DNA of 64,000 bases, from the NCBI GenBank assembly GCA_032718475.1, contig JAUCBJ010003564.1:90611-154610 (forward strand), given 5' to 3'. Below are positions 12,132-25,137 of this stretch, in pieces. Under the pieces are notes generated by a model. It made no database searches and had not been told where the DNA came from. It saw nothing but the letters and a program-made list of their open reading frames with translations. Each line of letters starts with the position of its first letter. Position 1 is the stretch's first letter. The position numbers and the translations under genes were made by a program. Source of the stretch: Nemertoderma westbladi (lineage: Eukaryota > Animalia > Xenacoelomorpha).

Positions 12132-12368
12132 AGGCCATGATACACCACAGGAGCGGCGAGCGGAAGCGGCGAGCGGCAGCGGCAAGCGGCCACTTTTTAA
12201 AAACAGAACACATTATTTTCTATGGGTGATGATACACCACAAATGGCCGCTGCCGCTCGCCGCTCGCCGCTCCTATAGTGTATCATACTAAAAGTCGCCG
12301 CTCACATCGGCCGGTCGCTGCGGCCGCCGGCCGCTGCCGCTCGCAGCTCCTGTGGTGTATCATGGCCT
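12132..12368. mobile_element. PIF/Harbinger-type MITE
   Basis: TIR AGGCCATGATACACCACAGGAGC / GCTCCTGTGGTGTATCATGGCCT, flanked by TAA and TTA, with internal copies of the TIR core. Confidence 0.8.
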
Positions 12369-12429
12369 TTAGTCATTAAATTGTCATCTGCGAAAAGCAA
12401 TTACGGAAGCGGAAGTCCTTCCAAATAGC

Positions 12430-12690
12430 CTCTATCTAATGACGTCATTGACTCAACGTCATTAATAAATAAAGAAAACAATAGTGGCGAAAGGGATTCA
12501 CCCTGTCTGACGCCCACACGCACTCGAATGCATCTGAGAAGTCGCCTATAAATCTAACACGTGAGATCACTGAATGTACAAATATTGTATTACATTAAAA
12601 ATTCTCCCAGAAAATCCCAAGTGGTCTAAAGTGCATTTCCATCTACAGTACCTTGTCGAGAAGTCCTTTGTAATGTTAATGTCTATGATA
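12430..12690 (-). mobile_element. Degenerate non-LTR retrotransposon RT fragment
   Basis: The minus strand reads GVRQGESLSPLLFSLFINDVE, a LINE RT motif. The flanking sequence is frameshifted. Confidence 0.7.
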
Positions 12691-14053
12691 GCACCATACA
12701 ATCCCCCCCATCCCCCCCCCCCCCCCCCCCCCCCCCCCTTTAGTACTGTGCACATATTTGTGAATTAGGGCTTGTAGGATAAAAATTTGGTGAGACCACG
12801 TAAGCCTGGTGTTTAGAATGGAAGTGAACAACTTCCCGATTACACTTATAAGAAAGCAAAATAAGATTAAACAATGATGTTATGGTAGGTAATTAATATG
12901 ATTTAACAGATGATCAACAAAAAGAACGACCGGCACTCAATAATTTTTATTATCCATCAATAATATTTATTTATCTCTCCCATAAAACTCCAAAAAATAA
13001 CTAACCAAATGGCAGATATCAAGTCCTAAAGAGGCATTGTTGCCGGCTATAAAACTCAGAGATATAAATGGTGCACCAAGTTGGGGTCATTAATTCATGC
13101 GGAATATCCTTGCGATATCGACTAGCTACCCAGACGAGGATCTTTCAACGCAACGCAACTACAAACAAAGTCCCCTAATGAGCCGCCTTCCCTATCCATT
13201 ATAAGGCAGCTGAGCAAACCCCCTGTCACAGAGTTGCGAATTGTGGTAAACACGATTATTCAGAAAACGGCAGAATTTTGCATACAAATTATGACATTGA
13301 CAACGAATCGTAAACTCGAACTTTGAGGTGTACCTGTTTATTCTGCGTCTTATGGTGGAGTAGCTACAATGGTAACTCCCGATCCATCATATATACGGAA
13401 TTAGCAAGGTTAGTGCAACCATACCCCAAGGCGTATTCTCATAATGTAATACCCGCGTACTTATTATCTCTAATTAAGCTGCCTGGAACGTGTCCAATTA
13501 GTAAGATTCGTTATTTCTGCCACAAAAATATAGTCAGTCATCTGAAAGGAACTGTAAATGCAACATATTTTACTGCGGGATGAGAATTTTTACAGAATTA
13601 CAGTGCCATAAACCCTCGTAAACCTTGGCTAAAGTTAATTGGTGTGGGAGAAGGTTGCGTGCTTTCACCAACATCTCTTAAAGGTTAGATATATTATTTA
13701 TTAGTTCGGAACATTGGACGGAATAACTATCTCATTCTCAGTAGTCCGTCCATCATTACAGGAGTGCCGCAATGCAAAGTCATTCACTTTATATTTTAAA
13801 ACCTATCACTAAATTCAAATTACTAGGCTCATTAACGGACATGGGTTGCTTAAGGACTTAAATGACGATAAATAATTGGGTTTTGTTTAAGTTTATGGTT
13901 AGATTTAGTTTTAGAGATAACTTGATAGTTTTAAAATTACCAACGGAATTTAAACTATTATTTAGCGAGAAATGGGATATTGACTATTTTACTTTTAGAT
14001 TTTTAGGCTTATCAGCCATAGGGAATGCCTGTTCACCACCATGTGTAATCTTC

Positions 14054-14341
14054 GGTGCGCAGCAATCGTCGCCCGCAGCAATCTTCGCCCGGAGCAATCT
14101 TCGCCCTCAAAATGGCAACTATCGCCCGGCGGAAACCTTTGCCCGCAGGCAAAATTCGCCCGTGAGCAACCTTCGCCGATTAAACAATATTGTTTGGGTT
14201 AGAAAAAGCCGTCTCTGTAACCTGCTCCTTTCCCTCAATTGGTAACTAAAATTGTTACTAACACAAACGGGCGAAGATTGCCTTGCGGGCGAAGGTTTCC
14301 CCCGGGCGAAGGTTGTACGCGGGCAAAGGTTGCACCCAACC
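14054..14341. mobile_element. Mutator/foldback-like MITE inserted in the terminal unit of the 63-bp satellite
   Basis: 9-bp target duplication GTAATCTTC (14045-14053 and 14342-14350). Arms are built from GCAATCTTCGCCCG / CGGGCGAAGGTT repeats. Confidence 0.8.
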
Positions 14342-16062
14342 GTAATCTTCCACAGTAAACCCTTCCACCCTGTTTTCTAAAGGAATGCCTGTTCACCACC
14401 ATGGGTGATCTTCCACAGTAAACCCTTCCACTCCGTTTCCTAAAGGAATGGCTGTTCACCACCATGGGTGATCTTCCACAGTAAACCCTTCCACTCCGTT
14501 TCCTAAAGGAATGCCTGTTCACCACCATGGGTGATCTTCCACAGTAAACCCTTCCACTCTGTTTCCTAAAGGAATGCCTGTTCACCACCATGGGCGATCT
14601 TCCACAGTAAACCCTCCCACTCCGTTTCCTAAAGGAATGCCTGTTTACCACCATGGGTGATCTGCCACAGTAAACCCTTCCACTCCGTTTCATAAAGGTA
14701 TGCCTGTTCACCACCATGGGTGATCTACCATAGTAAACCCTTCCACTCTGTTTCCTAAAGGAATGCCTGTTCACCACCATGGGTGATCTTCCACAGTAAA
14801 CCCTTCCACTCCGTTTCCTAAAGGAATGCCTGTTCACCACCATGGGTGATCTTCCACAGTAAACCCTTCCACTCTGTTTCCTAAAGGAATGCCTGTTCAC
14901 CACCATGGGCGATCTTCCACAGTAAACCCTTCCACTCCGTTTCCTAAAGGAATGCCTGTTTACCACCATGGGTGATCTGCCACAGTAAACCCTTCCACTC
15001 CGTTTCATAAAGGTATGCCTGTTCACCACCATGGGTGATCTACCATAGTAAACCCTTCCACTCTGTTTCCTAAAGGAATGCCTGTTCACCACCATGGGTG
15101 ATCTTCCACAGTAAACCATTCCACTCTGTTTCCTAAAGGTATGCCTGTTCACCACCATTGGTGATCTTCCACAGTAAACCCTTCCACTCTGTTTCCTAAA
15201 GGAATGCCTGTTCACCACCATGGGTGATCTTCCACAGTAAACCATTCCACTCTGTTTCCTAAAGGTATGCCTGTTCACCACCATTGGTGATCTTCCACAG
15301 TAAACCCTTCCACTCTGTTTCCTAAAGGAATGCCTGTTCACCACCATGGGTGATCTTCCACAGTAAACCCTTCCACTCCGTTTCCTAAAGGAATGGATGT
15401 TCACCACCATTGGTGATCTTCCACAGTAAACCCTTCCACTCCGTTTCCTAAAGGAATGCCTGTTCACCACCATGGGTGATCTTCCACAGTAAACCCTTCC
15501 ACTCTGTTTCCTAAAGGAATGCCTGTTCACCACCATGGGCGATCTTCCACAGTAAACCCTTCCACTCCGTTTCCTAAAGGAATGCCTGTTTACCACCATG
15601 GGTGATCTGCCACAGTAAACCCTTCCACTCCGTTTCATAAAGGTATGCCTGTTCACCACCATGGGTGATCTACCATAGTAAACCCTTCCACTCTGTTTCC
15701 TAAAGGAATGCCTGTTCACCACCATGGATGATCTTCCACAGTAAACCCTTCCATTCTGTTTCCTAAAGGAATGCCTGTGCACCACCATGGGTGATCTTCC
15801 ACAGTAAACCCTTCCACTCCGTTTCATAAAGGTATGCCTGTTCACCACCATGGGTGATCTACCATAGTAAACCCTTCCACTCTGTTTCCTAAAGGAATGC
15901 CTGTTCACCACCATGGGTGATCTTCCACTGTAAACCCTTCCACTCTGTTTCCTAAAGGAATGCCTGTGCACCACCATGGGTGATCTTCCACAGTAAACCC
16001 TTCCATTCTGTTTCCTAAAGGTATGCCTGTTCACCACCATGGGTGATATTCCACAGTAAACC
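14342..16062 (+). repeat. 63-bp minisatellite, about 27 copies (a partial first unit lies at 14020-14053)
   Basis: Unit ATGGGTGATCTTCCACAGTAAACCCTTCCACTCYGTTTCCTAAAGGAATGCCTGTTCACCACC. Confidence 0.97.
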
Positions 16063-16650
16063 CGGTAATCCTAAATCTAGTATCTATCTATCTGTGAATA
16101 GACCTCTAGTTTTACATCTAGATCTCCTTTTCTCTAAGTGGGATTTTCATGCACCTAGTTACACCAAGTTACATCACCCTTTGTTTCGGTATTCACAATC
16201 CTATACAGAGTTACAATGCATTTGCGATAAATCAGCAAATTACATTGTAAAATAAGCTGATGTCTTCATTTGCTAAATTTAATTTACACGAACAGAATAA
16301 ATAGAAACAGGGCAGAATAAATATTATTATTGATCTTAATTATTATTGATATTATTGATGTTGGATTAAGGATTAAATGGGATCAAAAGGAGGTCAGGTT
16401 TAAATCCTGGGATTAAAATGTACAACATTAAGTTGTATACTCGATTCGGTTGCAAATTATAACTTACACAATCATGACATGTCATTCCCTTCATAGAAAA
16501 TTACAATATCTAATGTTTGCATTCTATGGTTTGGTTAGTTTATGTCGAAAAAAGTAAATTACATTCTACCCAAGGCCGTGAAACCTTACAAAATAATTAA
16601 TCATATTTACTCAAATATTTTATTTTTTGACAGAAACTGAAAACACTTAC

Positions 16651-16880
16651 CCTCTCCAGTGAATCCCGTTTTCCAGCCTCCAAAGAGGTTGGAGAATTGT
16701 TGTTATGGTTACGAGTACGTGTCACTGAACGGGCGAGTTTTGCGAAGCGACCAATCTTTGCCTGGTCTTCACTGGGGATCTTATGGGAGGTGATGTCCTT
16801 GAAAGTGAGAAGGAAGAGAATGACCTGGTTGGAGTCGTTAGTAACCGGTGATATGTTGAGGAGAAACCACACAGGAGATT
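16651..16880 (-). CDS. eag: eag-family K+ channel coding exon 3 (PAC region and linker)
   Basis: Acceptor tttgttctag, donor gtaagt, 230 nt, phase 1 to 0. Encodes KSPVWFLLNISPVTNDSNQVILFLLTFKDIT...GRFAKLARSVTR, matching the KCNH1/5 FKDIT and KFARLTR motifs. Confidence 0.93.
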
Positions 16881-16920
16881 CTAGAACAAATTATTATTAA
16901 TGTTAATTCAAAATGAACAA

Positions 16921-17160
16921 ATGTGGGGCGAGCCACGAAGTGAGCGAAAACTTAGCATATGGGTGCCATTGGCGAGTTGTCTGTCGTCGTAAATTTTTGA
17001 TCGCTAATAACTCGGTTATTCCTGATGAAATTAAACGAAACTTGGTACGTATGTAGTCCGTCAAAAATTTAGAAAGAATCTGAAGTTTGGTCAAAAACGA
17101 ACGAAAGCAACGAGGCACAAGAGGAGGACGAGTATTGTGTTAAAGACTTCTGACTAACGG
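16921..17160 (+). mobile_element. Helentron/HINE-like element, 5' portion
   Basis: Begins TGTGGGGCGAGCCACGAAG, then CTTAGCATA, CTGTCGTCGT and AAACTTGGTAC. Homologous to the copies at 25138 and 37049. Right boundary uncertain. Confidence 0.55.
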
Positions 17161-17385
17161 CAGGCAACTCGTTAATGGTGCCCATATGATAAAGGCTTTG
17201 CTCAGATAGAATAAATGGCCTGCAGCGAACGATAATTCTTGCAATCTTTGAATGCCTATATCTCAGCTGTTTCTCAACGAAATTCAGATATTGTTACATA
17301 TTTGGAATCCTTGCAACGCAAGCTTTTTTGCGAATTACGACGAATGTGAACAATGGCCACGATACGGAGGGTGTGTACTACACGA

Positions 17386-18050
17386 GAGAGTGGCTTCAAT
17401 ACTTCCCACTTATCAGTGTGTGTTACTGCACACTATACATGCGGGAGAGTGGCTTCAATACTTCCCACATATCAGTATGTGTTACTGCACACTACATGGG
17501 AGAATGGCTTCAATAATTCCCACATATCAGTGTGTGTTACTAGCACACTATACATGCGGGAGAGTGGCTTCAATACTTCCCACATATCAGTGTGTGTTAC
17601 TGCACACTACATGGGGAGAGTGGCTTCAATACTTCCCACATATCAGTGTGTGTTACTGCACACTACATGGGGAGAGTGGCTTCAATACTTCCCACATATC
17701 AGTGTGTGTTACTACACACTACATGGGAGAGTGGCTTCAATACTTCCCACATATCAGTGTGTGTTACTGCACACTATACGTGCGGGAGAGTGGCTTCAAT
17801 ACTTCCCACATATCAGTGTGTGTTACTGCACACTATACATGCGGGAGAGTGGCTTCAATACTTCCCACATATCAGTGTGTATTACTGCACACTACATGGG
17901 AGAGTGGTTTCAATACTTCCCACATATCAGTGTGTGTTACTGCACACTATACATGCGGGAGAGTGGCTTCAATACTTCCCACATATTAGTGTGTGTTACT
18001 GCACACTACATGGGAGAGTGGTTTCAATACTTCCCACATATCGGTGTTAC
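17386..18050 (+). repeat. 55/59-bp minisatellite, about 12 copies
   Basis: Unit GAGAGTGGCTTCAATACTTCCCACATATCAGTGTGTGTTACTGCACACTA(TA)CATG(CG)G. Confidence 0.95.
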
Positions 18051-19364
18051 TGTAGAGGTTTCCATACACACATTGCTTCTATAAGTATTAGTTACACATG
18101 ATAAATCTGCTATATTACCTATGCTGGTCGCGTTCGTAAGCTTATTATATTGTGTAAGGTAATCGCGGTTGGCGTTACCTAGTGATTCCGACACTCACTA
18201 AACTGGTCGCCTGAACTCCATTGGGTTAAGAGGGACAATCCCCCCGGGGTTCCGAACCCGGCGTGTAGAAGCTGTGGACACGCCTCAATGCGAACCTCAG
18301 CAACTCCGAACTTCGGTTCAACAAAGCTCACACACTGGCTCTCTACAGATTTCCGGTTATCAGTTAAACAGACGATATTTCAACATAAGTAATTCCAAAA
18401 TTGTAACATTAATCAACGCCGTTAGCATTAACAGCGAGTTGTTATTTAGAACTTTACAACTTTAGAGGACATTACAGCATTGTATTAGCCTGTACATTTA
18501 GAATTATATTGGTGTTGTAATGTCCCTTGTTTATGTGGTAACCAATGACGGCGAGCTGTAAAGTTACGGTGTCATTGGTTACCACGTAAACAATAGGTGG
18601 TATTTATTAATAATTGTCTGATATTGAGATAGGCCTACTGCATTACCTACCGGTAGCTAATAATAACCAGTAGCTATAAACTATTAACATGGCTCCAAAC
18701 GCCACTATAAATATAAGCTAACTTATTTATAACATAATTTATGTCATTTTTACATTTATTTATACATCAACTAATTTAATTTGTGCAGTTTCTATCAATT
18801 ATAATAATATATACAATCATTTCGTAATGTTACAATTTTGGAATAAAACTACATACGTACTTGTTGCAAAGTACTTTACAGTGTTCTGATCCTCGTGGCT
18901 TTATTTTCACTCACTCACTAACGTTCGTTCGTGTAACAAAGCCACTCGAATCATCACACTGTAAAGTGCTACTGTACACACAAGTATGTAAATAGTTATT
19001 ATTATGGAAACCATATGGTTCAGTGCGGTGGTGATCTCATTGCCGTATTATATACCAAACACGGTCGCTTCCAGGAAGTCAAGTCGACTAATAATGTAGC
19101 GCCCGCGCCATGTCGCGTTCGTAGAATAATTCAGTATTCCCGGAAATCGTCATCACAATCAACGTTCTATGGCTTTAATATTATAATAGCTTTAACTAAA
19201 AATAACTTCACAATTCACAAATAGCTGAAATTTATAATGATAATTCAGGTATTTAAATATTCATGATTTCAAGATTTAACATACACATGCTTACATTGCT
19301 TACATGCTTACTTTTATTACAAGTAAATTGATATAAGTAAATAATTATTACTGTATCTTTATTA

Positions 19365-19752
19365 TGGATTGCCTGTCAGTTACGAAGTTACAATGTACAA
19401 AACTCTGCCGCACGAATATTAGAAAGTCTCAAAAAGCGAGAACACATAACTCCCGTTCTAAAACAACTTCATTGGCTCCTCATTAATAGTCGGGTGGAAT
19501 TTAAACTGGGAATGTGTGTAATAAAGAGTCTAAATGGCTTTACCACCGCAGTATAACAGTGATTTACTGACGCCATTCACACCCGGTAGAGAATTACGTT
19601 CGAGCGTTGGTTATCTTTTGGTAATCCCTCGGTACTCGCTAGATAACTATGGTAGGCGCGCCTTCTCCATTGTCGTGCCACGTGTTTGGAACTCACTACC
19701 TTATGACGTGCGATCAGCCACAACATTGACAATTTTTAAATCGAAACTGATA
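19365..19752 (+). mobile_element. L2/CR1-group LINE 3' fragment
   Basis: Across frameshifts: QNSAARI...REHITPVLKQLHWL...FK...RELRS...YGRRAFS...PRVWNSLP...TIFKSKL, the typical L2 ORF2 C-terminus. Confidence 0.85.
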
Positions 19753-19928
19753 AAGTCTCTCGGGCTCGGGGTCGGGGAGTGTTGCCCCCTGCCCCCTCTC
19801 AAAGTCCATTAGCCTTCCGACTGAGTGGAATATGCTGCTCTTTAAGCTCTTTTATTCTCCTTCAAGCGATTGCATTTCGAAGATTGCAGAACGATATTAT
19901 TCATTGACTACAAGATAATCAATTCACA

Positions 19929-21495
19929 ACACGAAGTGGGGCCTTCGCGCAGCACGTGAAATGAGTTAATGCTAAGTATCAACTCGAAAGGATTATAAAA
20001 ACATAGGAGAAGATTTTCCCGGAAAACGTTAACCCTCTAGCGGGAGACTGGGTAACTGAAGAAGGAAGGATTAGTTTCCCTACAAAGCCACATCCTATGG
20101 TCTATTACATATCTACCAAGTTTCCGATTGACGGATCATAAATAACGAAATGTTGGAAGGTTTTCACTTTCATACATTTAGCCCTCTAGCGGCATATTAA
20201 AGAACTACGGATCGATCACCTTCCTCACAAAGACGAGGCATGTGGTCTAGTACATACCGGTACTGTATATTCCAAAATTCAGCTTAAATAGATTAAGATC
20301 AAGGAATTCGCAAAGGTTATCACTTTCCTACATTTCGCCCTCTAGCGGCAGACTCGAAAACTCCGGACCGATTACTGTCCACACAAAGACTTAGGATGTC
20401 TTCTAGTACATATATGACAAGTTTCAGCGTAATCAGATCATAAACAACTAAATGGAAGAATAATTTCACATTCGGGACATTTCGCCCTCTAGCGGCAGAC
20501 TGGAGAACTGCAGACAGATTAGCCTCCTTTGAAATTTACAGCTAATGGTCTAGTACATACTTCCCAAGTTTCAGCTTAAACGGATTAAAAGCAAAGAAAT
20601 GGGTGGCCATTTAATGTTTAGACATGTGGCCCTCTAGCGGGAGACTGGAAAACTTCGGACCGATTACAATCCACACAAAGACTCAGGATGTCTTCTAGTA
20701 CATATATGACAAGTTTCAGCGTAATCAGATCATAAACAACTAAATGGAAGAATAATTTCACATTCGGGACATTTCGCCCTCTAGCGGCAGACTGGAGAAC
20801 TGCAGACAGATTAGCCTCCTTTGAAATTTACAGCTAATGGTCTAGTACATACTTCCCAAGTTTCAGCTTAAACGGATTAAAAGCAAAGAAATGGGTGGCC
20901 ATTTAATGTTTAGACATGTGGCCCTCTAGCGGGAGACTGGAAAACTTCGGACCGATTACAATCCACACAAAGACTCAGGATGTCATCTAGTACATATATG
21001 ACAAGTTTCAGCGTAATCAGATCATAAACAACTAAATGGAAGAATAATTTCACATTCGGGACATTTCGCCCTCTAGCGGCAGACTGGAGAACTGCAGACA
21101 GATTAGCCTCCTTTGAAATTTACAGCTAATGGTCTAGTACATACTTCCCAAGTTTCAGCTTAAACGGATTAAAAGCAAAGAAATGGGTGGCCATTTAATG
21201 TTTAGACATGTGGCCCTCTAGCGGGAGACCATTGCACTGATGGTGTCTGAAAGTCTCTCAAAAATCTCAACTTTTGCTCATATTGATACCTACAAATTTT
21301 CAACTTGGCAGCTTTAAATCCGACAAAGTTATTAGCATGTCAAAATCGTAACGACGACGACAACGACGACGACGACAACGACGACGACGACAACGACGAC
21401 GACGACGACGACGACAACTATTTGCATAAATTGACCCACCCCCTAACAGTGTCAATTCGCTAAGGCTCCGCCAACTTCGTGGCTCGCCCCACACA
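19929..21495 (-). mobile_element. Helentron/HINE (DINE-1-like) non-autonomous element with internal tandem array
   Basis: Subterminal inverted motifs TGTGGGGCGAGCCACGAAG and GCGAAGGCCCCAC, a (CGT)n microsatellite near the 5' end (21351-21417) and central tandem repeats. The superfamily assignment rests on architecture only. Confidence 0.65.
20030..21230 (+). repeat. Tandem array of about 146-bp monomers, homogenised as a 292-bp dimer (147+145)
   Basis: CCCTCTAGCGG recurs near 20032, 20181, 20337, 20484, 20629, 20776, 20921, 21068 and 21213. There are three near-identical dimers from 20337. Confidence 0.93.
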
Positions 21496-21622
21496 GTTTT
21501 TTCCAGATAAAACCTCATTGTATGAGAAGTCATCACTCATTAGATGCTTAGATAAACAGGCATGTCTGTTTTCTACAATGAATCAATCAACACAAGAAGA
21601 TAAACGATAAATACCTGGAATA

Positions 21623-22290
21623 ATGGGAAGGAACCGTGAGCAGAGCATACAGGGATGAATGTGGGGGTGATGGGAAGGAACCGTGAGCATATAGGGGTGA
21701 ATGGGGGGGGTGATGGGAAGGAACCGTGAGCATATAGGGATGAATGTGGGGGTGATGGGAAGGAACCGTGAGCATATAGGGGTGAATGTGGGGGTGATGG
21801 GAAGGAACCGTGAGCATATAGGGGTGAATGGGGGGGTGATGGGAAGGAACCGTGAGCATATAGGGGTGAATGGGGGGGGGGGGTGATGGGAAGGAACCGT
21901 GAGCATATAGGGGTGAATGTGGGGGTGATGGGAAGGAACCGTGAGCATATAGGGATGAATGTGGGGGTGATGGGAAGGAACCGTGAGCATATAGGGGTGA
22001 ATGTGGGGGTGATGGGAAGGAACCGTGAGCATATAGGGGTGAATGGGGGGGGGTGATGGGAAGGAACCGTGAGCATATAAGGATGAATGGGGGGGGGGGT
22101 GATGGGAAGGAACCGTGAGCATATAGGGGTGAATGGGGGGGGGGGGTGATGGGAAGGAACCGTGAGCATATAGGGATGAATGGGGGGGGGGGGGTGATGG
22201 GAAGGAACCGTGAGCATATAGGGGTGAATGGGGGGGGGGGGGTGATGGGAAGGAACCGTGAGCATTATACAGATATAGGGATGAATGTGG
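21623..22290 (+). repeat. G-rich minisatellite of about 42 bp with a variable G run, about 15 copies
   Basis: Unit GATGGGAAGGAACCGTGAGCATATAGGGGTGAATG(T)G(n)T. Confidence 0.95.
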
Positions 22291-24530
22291 AGTTGATTGG
22301 GAATGTAAATTATCTACAAATGAAACAGAATAAAATAGCGGATGTGTATTTTATTCATTATCAGGAAGAATATTGAATGATGGCAGTGATGTTGTGACGA
22401 AGGGCCTAATAGCGCAGGAGTTAACGCCGCAGGTCCTAACTGCCCAGGTCCTAACAGCTAAAAGATTTAATAATGAAGAAGGAGCGAGGGGGGCACTATT
22501 GGCGCAATAAAAAAAGAACCCCCCCCCCCCCCCCCCCCCCCCCCCAAGAGGAAATCGATGCAATTAACAGCTGATGCAAATATGATACTGTAAACTGTTC
22601 TGCTGGCTCGTTTATTGTTTTGATGAGATTAACATGCCAATGTAATCTGCTCCTTTTCCTTTCCCTTAATAGATCATTAATGTTGTTTATATTAATGAAT
22701 ATTAATAATAATGTTGGAATGGAACTTGCGTCAATATATTAGTTACGATAGTGACTGATTTGATATAATATTATATTAAAACGTTTAATATTTCCTGAAT
22801 AAAGGCTGATCATAATCTAACTGCGCAATGCTCTAAGATAGATAATAATTATGGTCGCGATGTTCAAAAGCAGAGAATGTAATTATTCCGTATTGAAAAC
22901 TTGAGAGATCAATAATCGTCAACAATGTCATGTTTCCTTCCTAAGGGCAGGATTCTAGTGGAGAGAGAGGCAGAATAATTGAGGTAGAACCCGAATTTAC
23001 CTTTCATTGATTTCTAGTGTTGCCACAATGGTTTATTAATAGGCCAACCTAGTGGTTGAGTAATCATTGAATTAACCTGAGTACCCTCATTGCGAAATGG
23101 AAAATCAATGGGTTTATATTGCTTTTCACAGAGTCACGACTTGGTTACCAAGGTTACGTTTCGGGAAAGCGTCTTGTTTTATTAAAATCCAAAAGTCCTA
23201 ATGGTTTTTTTTACCTAAGGACGTGGTTTGGGTGCGAAATGTCGAATTTTCAACTAATTTCGTAGTCAGAGTGAATTCTCATCCGTAAGTAATCCATTAA
23301 ATCCTCTCCGCAAACAACAAGAGTAATTATTTAAGCTACTACGGAGGCTGTCCATCATTTTTTCTTTGGATAAAATCAATCGAAGTATCTAAGAATGCCA
23401 ATTAGCATGTCACCATAACGTGAAATGGAAATTTTATTTCTATAAATATTGGCCATATACTTGTAACAATATATGTAAATTAGTTTCTTGAATTAATTCT
23501 AAAATATTTCTCCATCAAAATATGAAATAAATTATCAGACACAGGGGAAATCACCGAGAGATGGTAGAGATGCCCACGAACAGTACTGGGCTTATGCCCG
23601 CGGGTATTAATATATCCCTCATTCATTAAACACCGCGAAGAGTGCGGATGAAGGCCACCTGCGGACTCGGTTTCCGGGAGTAAATCCGGCACCAATATAT
23701 CCTCGGCCTCGCTCAACACCCTGAATGGTGCGAATAATAAAGTATATTTGCCGATATCAATCCACAAGGTAGATAACAAAAACATTGGATCAATTTCGCA
23801 GCTACTATGCGCATATGGAACAAATAGGGAAATACGACGATGCAACCCTATACTCGGTACCGGTACCCTACCGCTGACTACTGTTAATTAAATCCCCCAA
23901 CACGCCTTCTACTTCACGGCAGCTGTTCCGCCACCTGAATCCTGACCCTGGGGAACCATAGGCTGTCTTTCATCATAGCTAACATATTCTTCATAACCAA
24001 CACGTCTGCAAAAATTATATGTTACCATACCACCACTGTAGTTACAGAAACTCCAAAAATGTACTCATTAGTGCGCATAATATATTGGTTGGGGTTCACA
24101 CCTGGTTGACCGCCAACTCCTATAGCTATACTACAGTAGGCCTACCTGGGTTCCAACCAAGGTCATTGTTGAGTTTGGGATACTACTCGCTTCTCGCGAG
24201 TACTACGCCGCACTACGGGCTACTACTAGGAATAGCGGAGCCAATCAAACATATCGATCTACCATAATTAAAAAATGAAAACAATTCATAAACCCACGAA
24301 CTTTTAAAATTAAATGCCAAAATCTAAAAATTATTATGGCCATACTATATCATTAACAATTAAATTAATACAAATATGGAATGAATTACCACGGTCAGTA
24401 ACTTCCCAACCCCAAACCAAAAGTACCACCGCGATGACCTACAGTAACATAGAACCCAAAAATAAAAGTATTACATATTTATTTTTATTTTTATTGTTTT
24501 ACGTAAATTGTGTTCTTTTAGTTATTACTG

Positions 24531-24808
24531 CGCCCATGTGAAGAATACCAGGATTTCACTTTTCGGTCGACTTTTTATTGGAATTTTATATATGAAGATT
24601 TTTTATTTTTTTTTATTTATCTTTATTACGTGTTTTATAGCGCTTATTTCTGTCTTATAACCTGTACATATACTAATTCGTTTATTGTTTTGGTTAGATT
24701 CAGCCCTTCTGTAACCTGTGGTTTTGGTGAAAACCTGGTATTCTTCACATGGGGGTTACTGCAAAGTGAAATATAACGGCAGAAAGTCTGGTATTATTCA
24801 CATGGGCC
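24531..24808. mobile_element. MITE with 8-bp TSD (Merlin-like); second copy at about 49980-50258
   Basis: TIR GCCCATGTGAAGAATACCAG / CTGGTATTATTCACATGGGCC, with TSD TATTACTG on both sides. Confidence 0.8.
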
Positions 24809-25137
24809 TATTACTGTATTATTTCTAATTTGTGCAATATCTATGATTTTAGGAATTCATTAGGGGTTAGTGTATGTTTAGGTAGATATGTAATGTAGAA
24901 CCAAAAATTAAATGTCTGACCGTGCAGTCTGACGTGTATTACTGTATTCTATATTACCAGTTACCATGTGTAACTGAATGGTGTCTGTGAAATTAACTAA
25001 TTACACGTTAATTACCTAATTACACGATGCAGTTTGAATATGAAAATAAAATAATAAAAAATAATGATTGCAGTGGACCTCATTAATTTTTAGTAATAAA
25101 TTTTAATCAGAATTTTTAATGAGCCTAATAAAATCTA

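Noticed and set aside
10584-16040. Long ORFs over the 33-bp and 63-bp arrays
   Set aside because: The unit lengths are multiples of three, so the ORFs are translations of satellite DNA with no unique domain.
10141-16650. Next eag exon (S1 region)
   Set aside because: No matching PPHIxLHY or WDW-type coding sequence was recognised, so it is presumed to lie left of the window.
24314-24420. Protein-coding ORF (PKSKNYYG...IWNELP)
   Set aside because: It resembles a decayed LINE C-terminus, but is too short and degenerate to annotate confidently.
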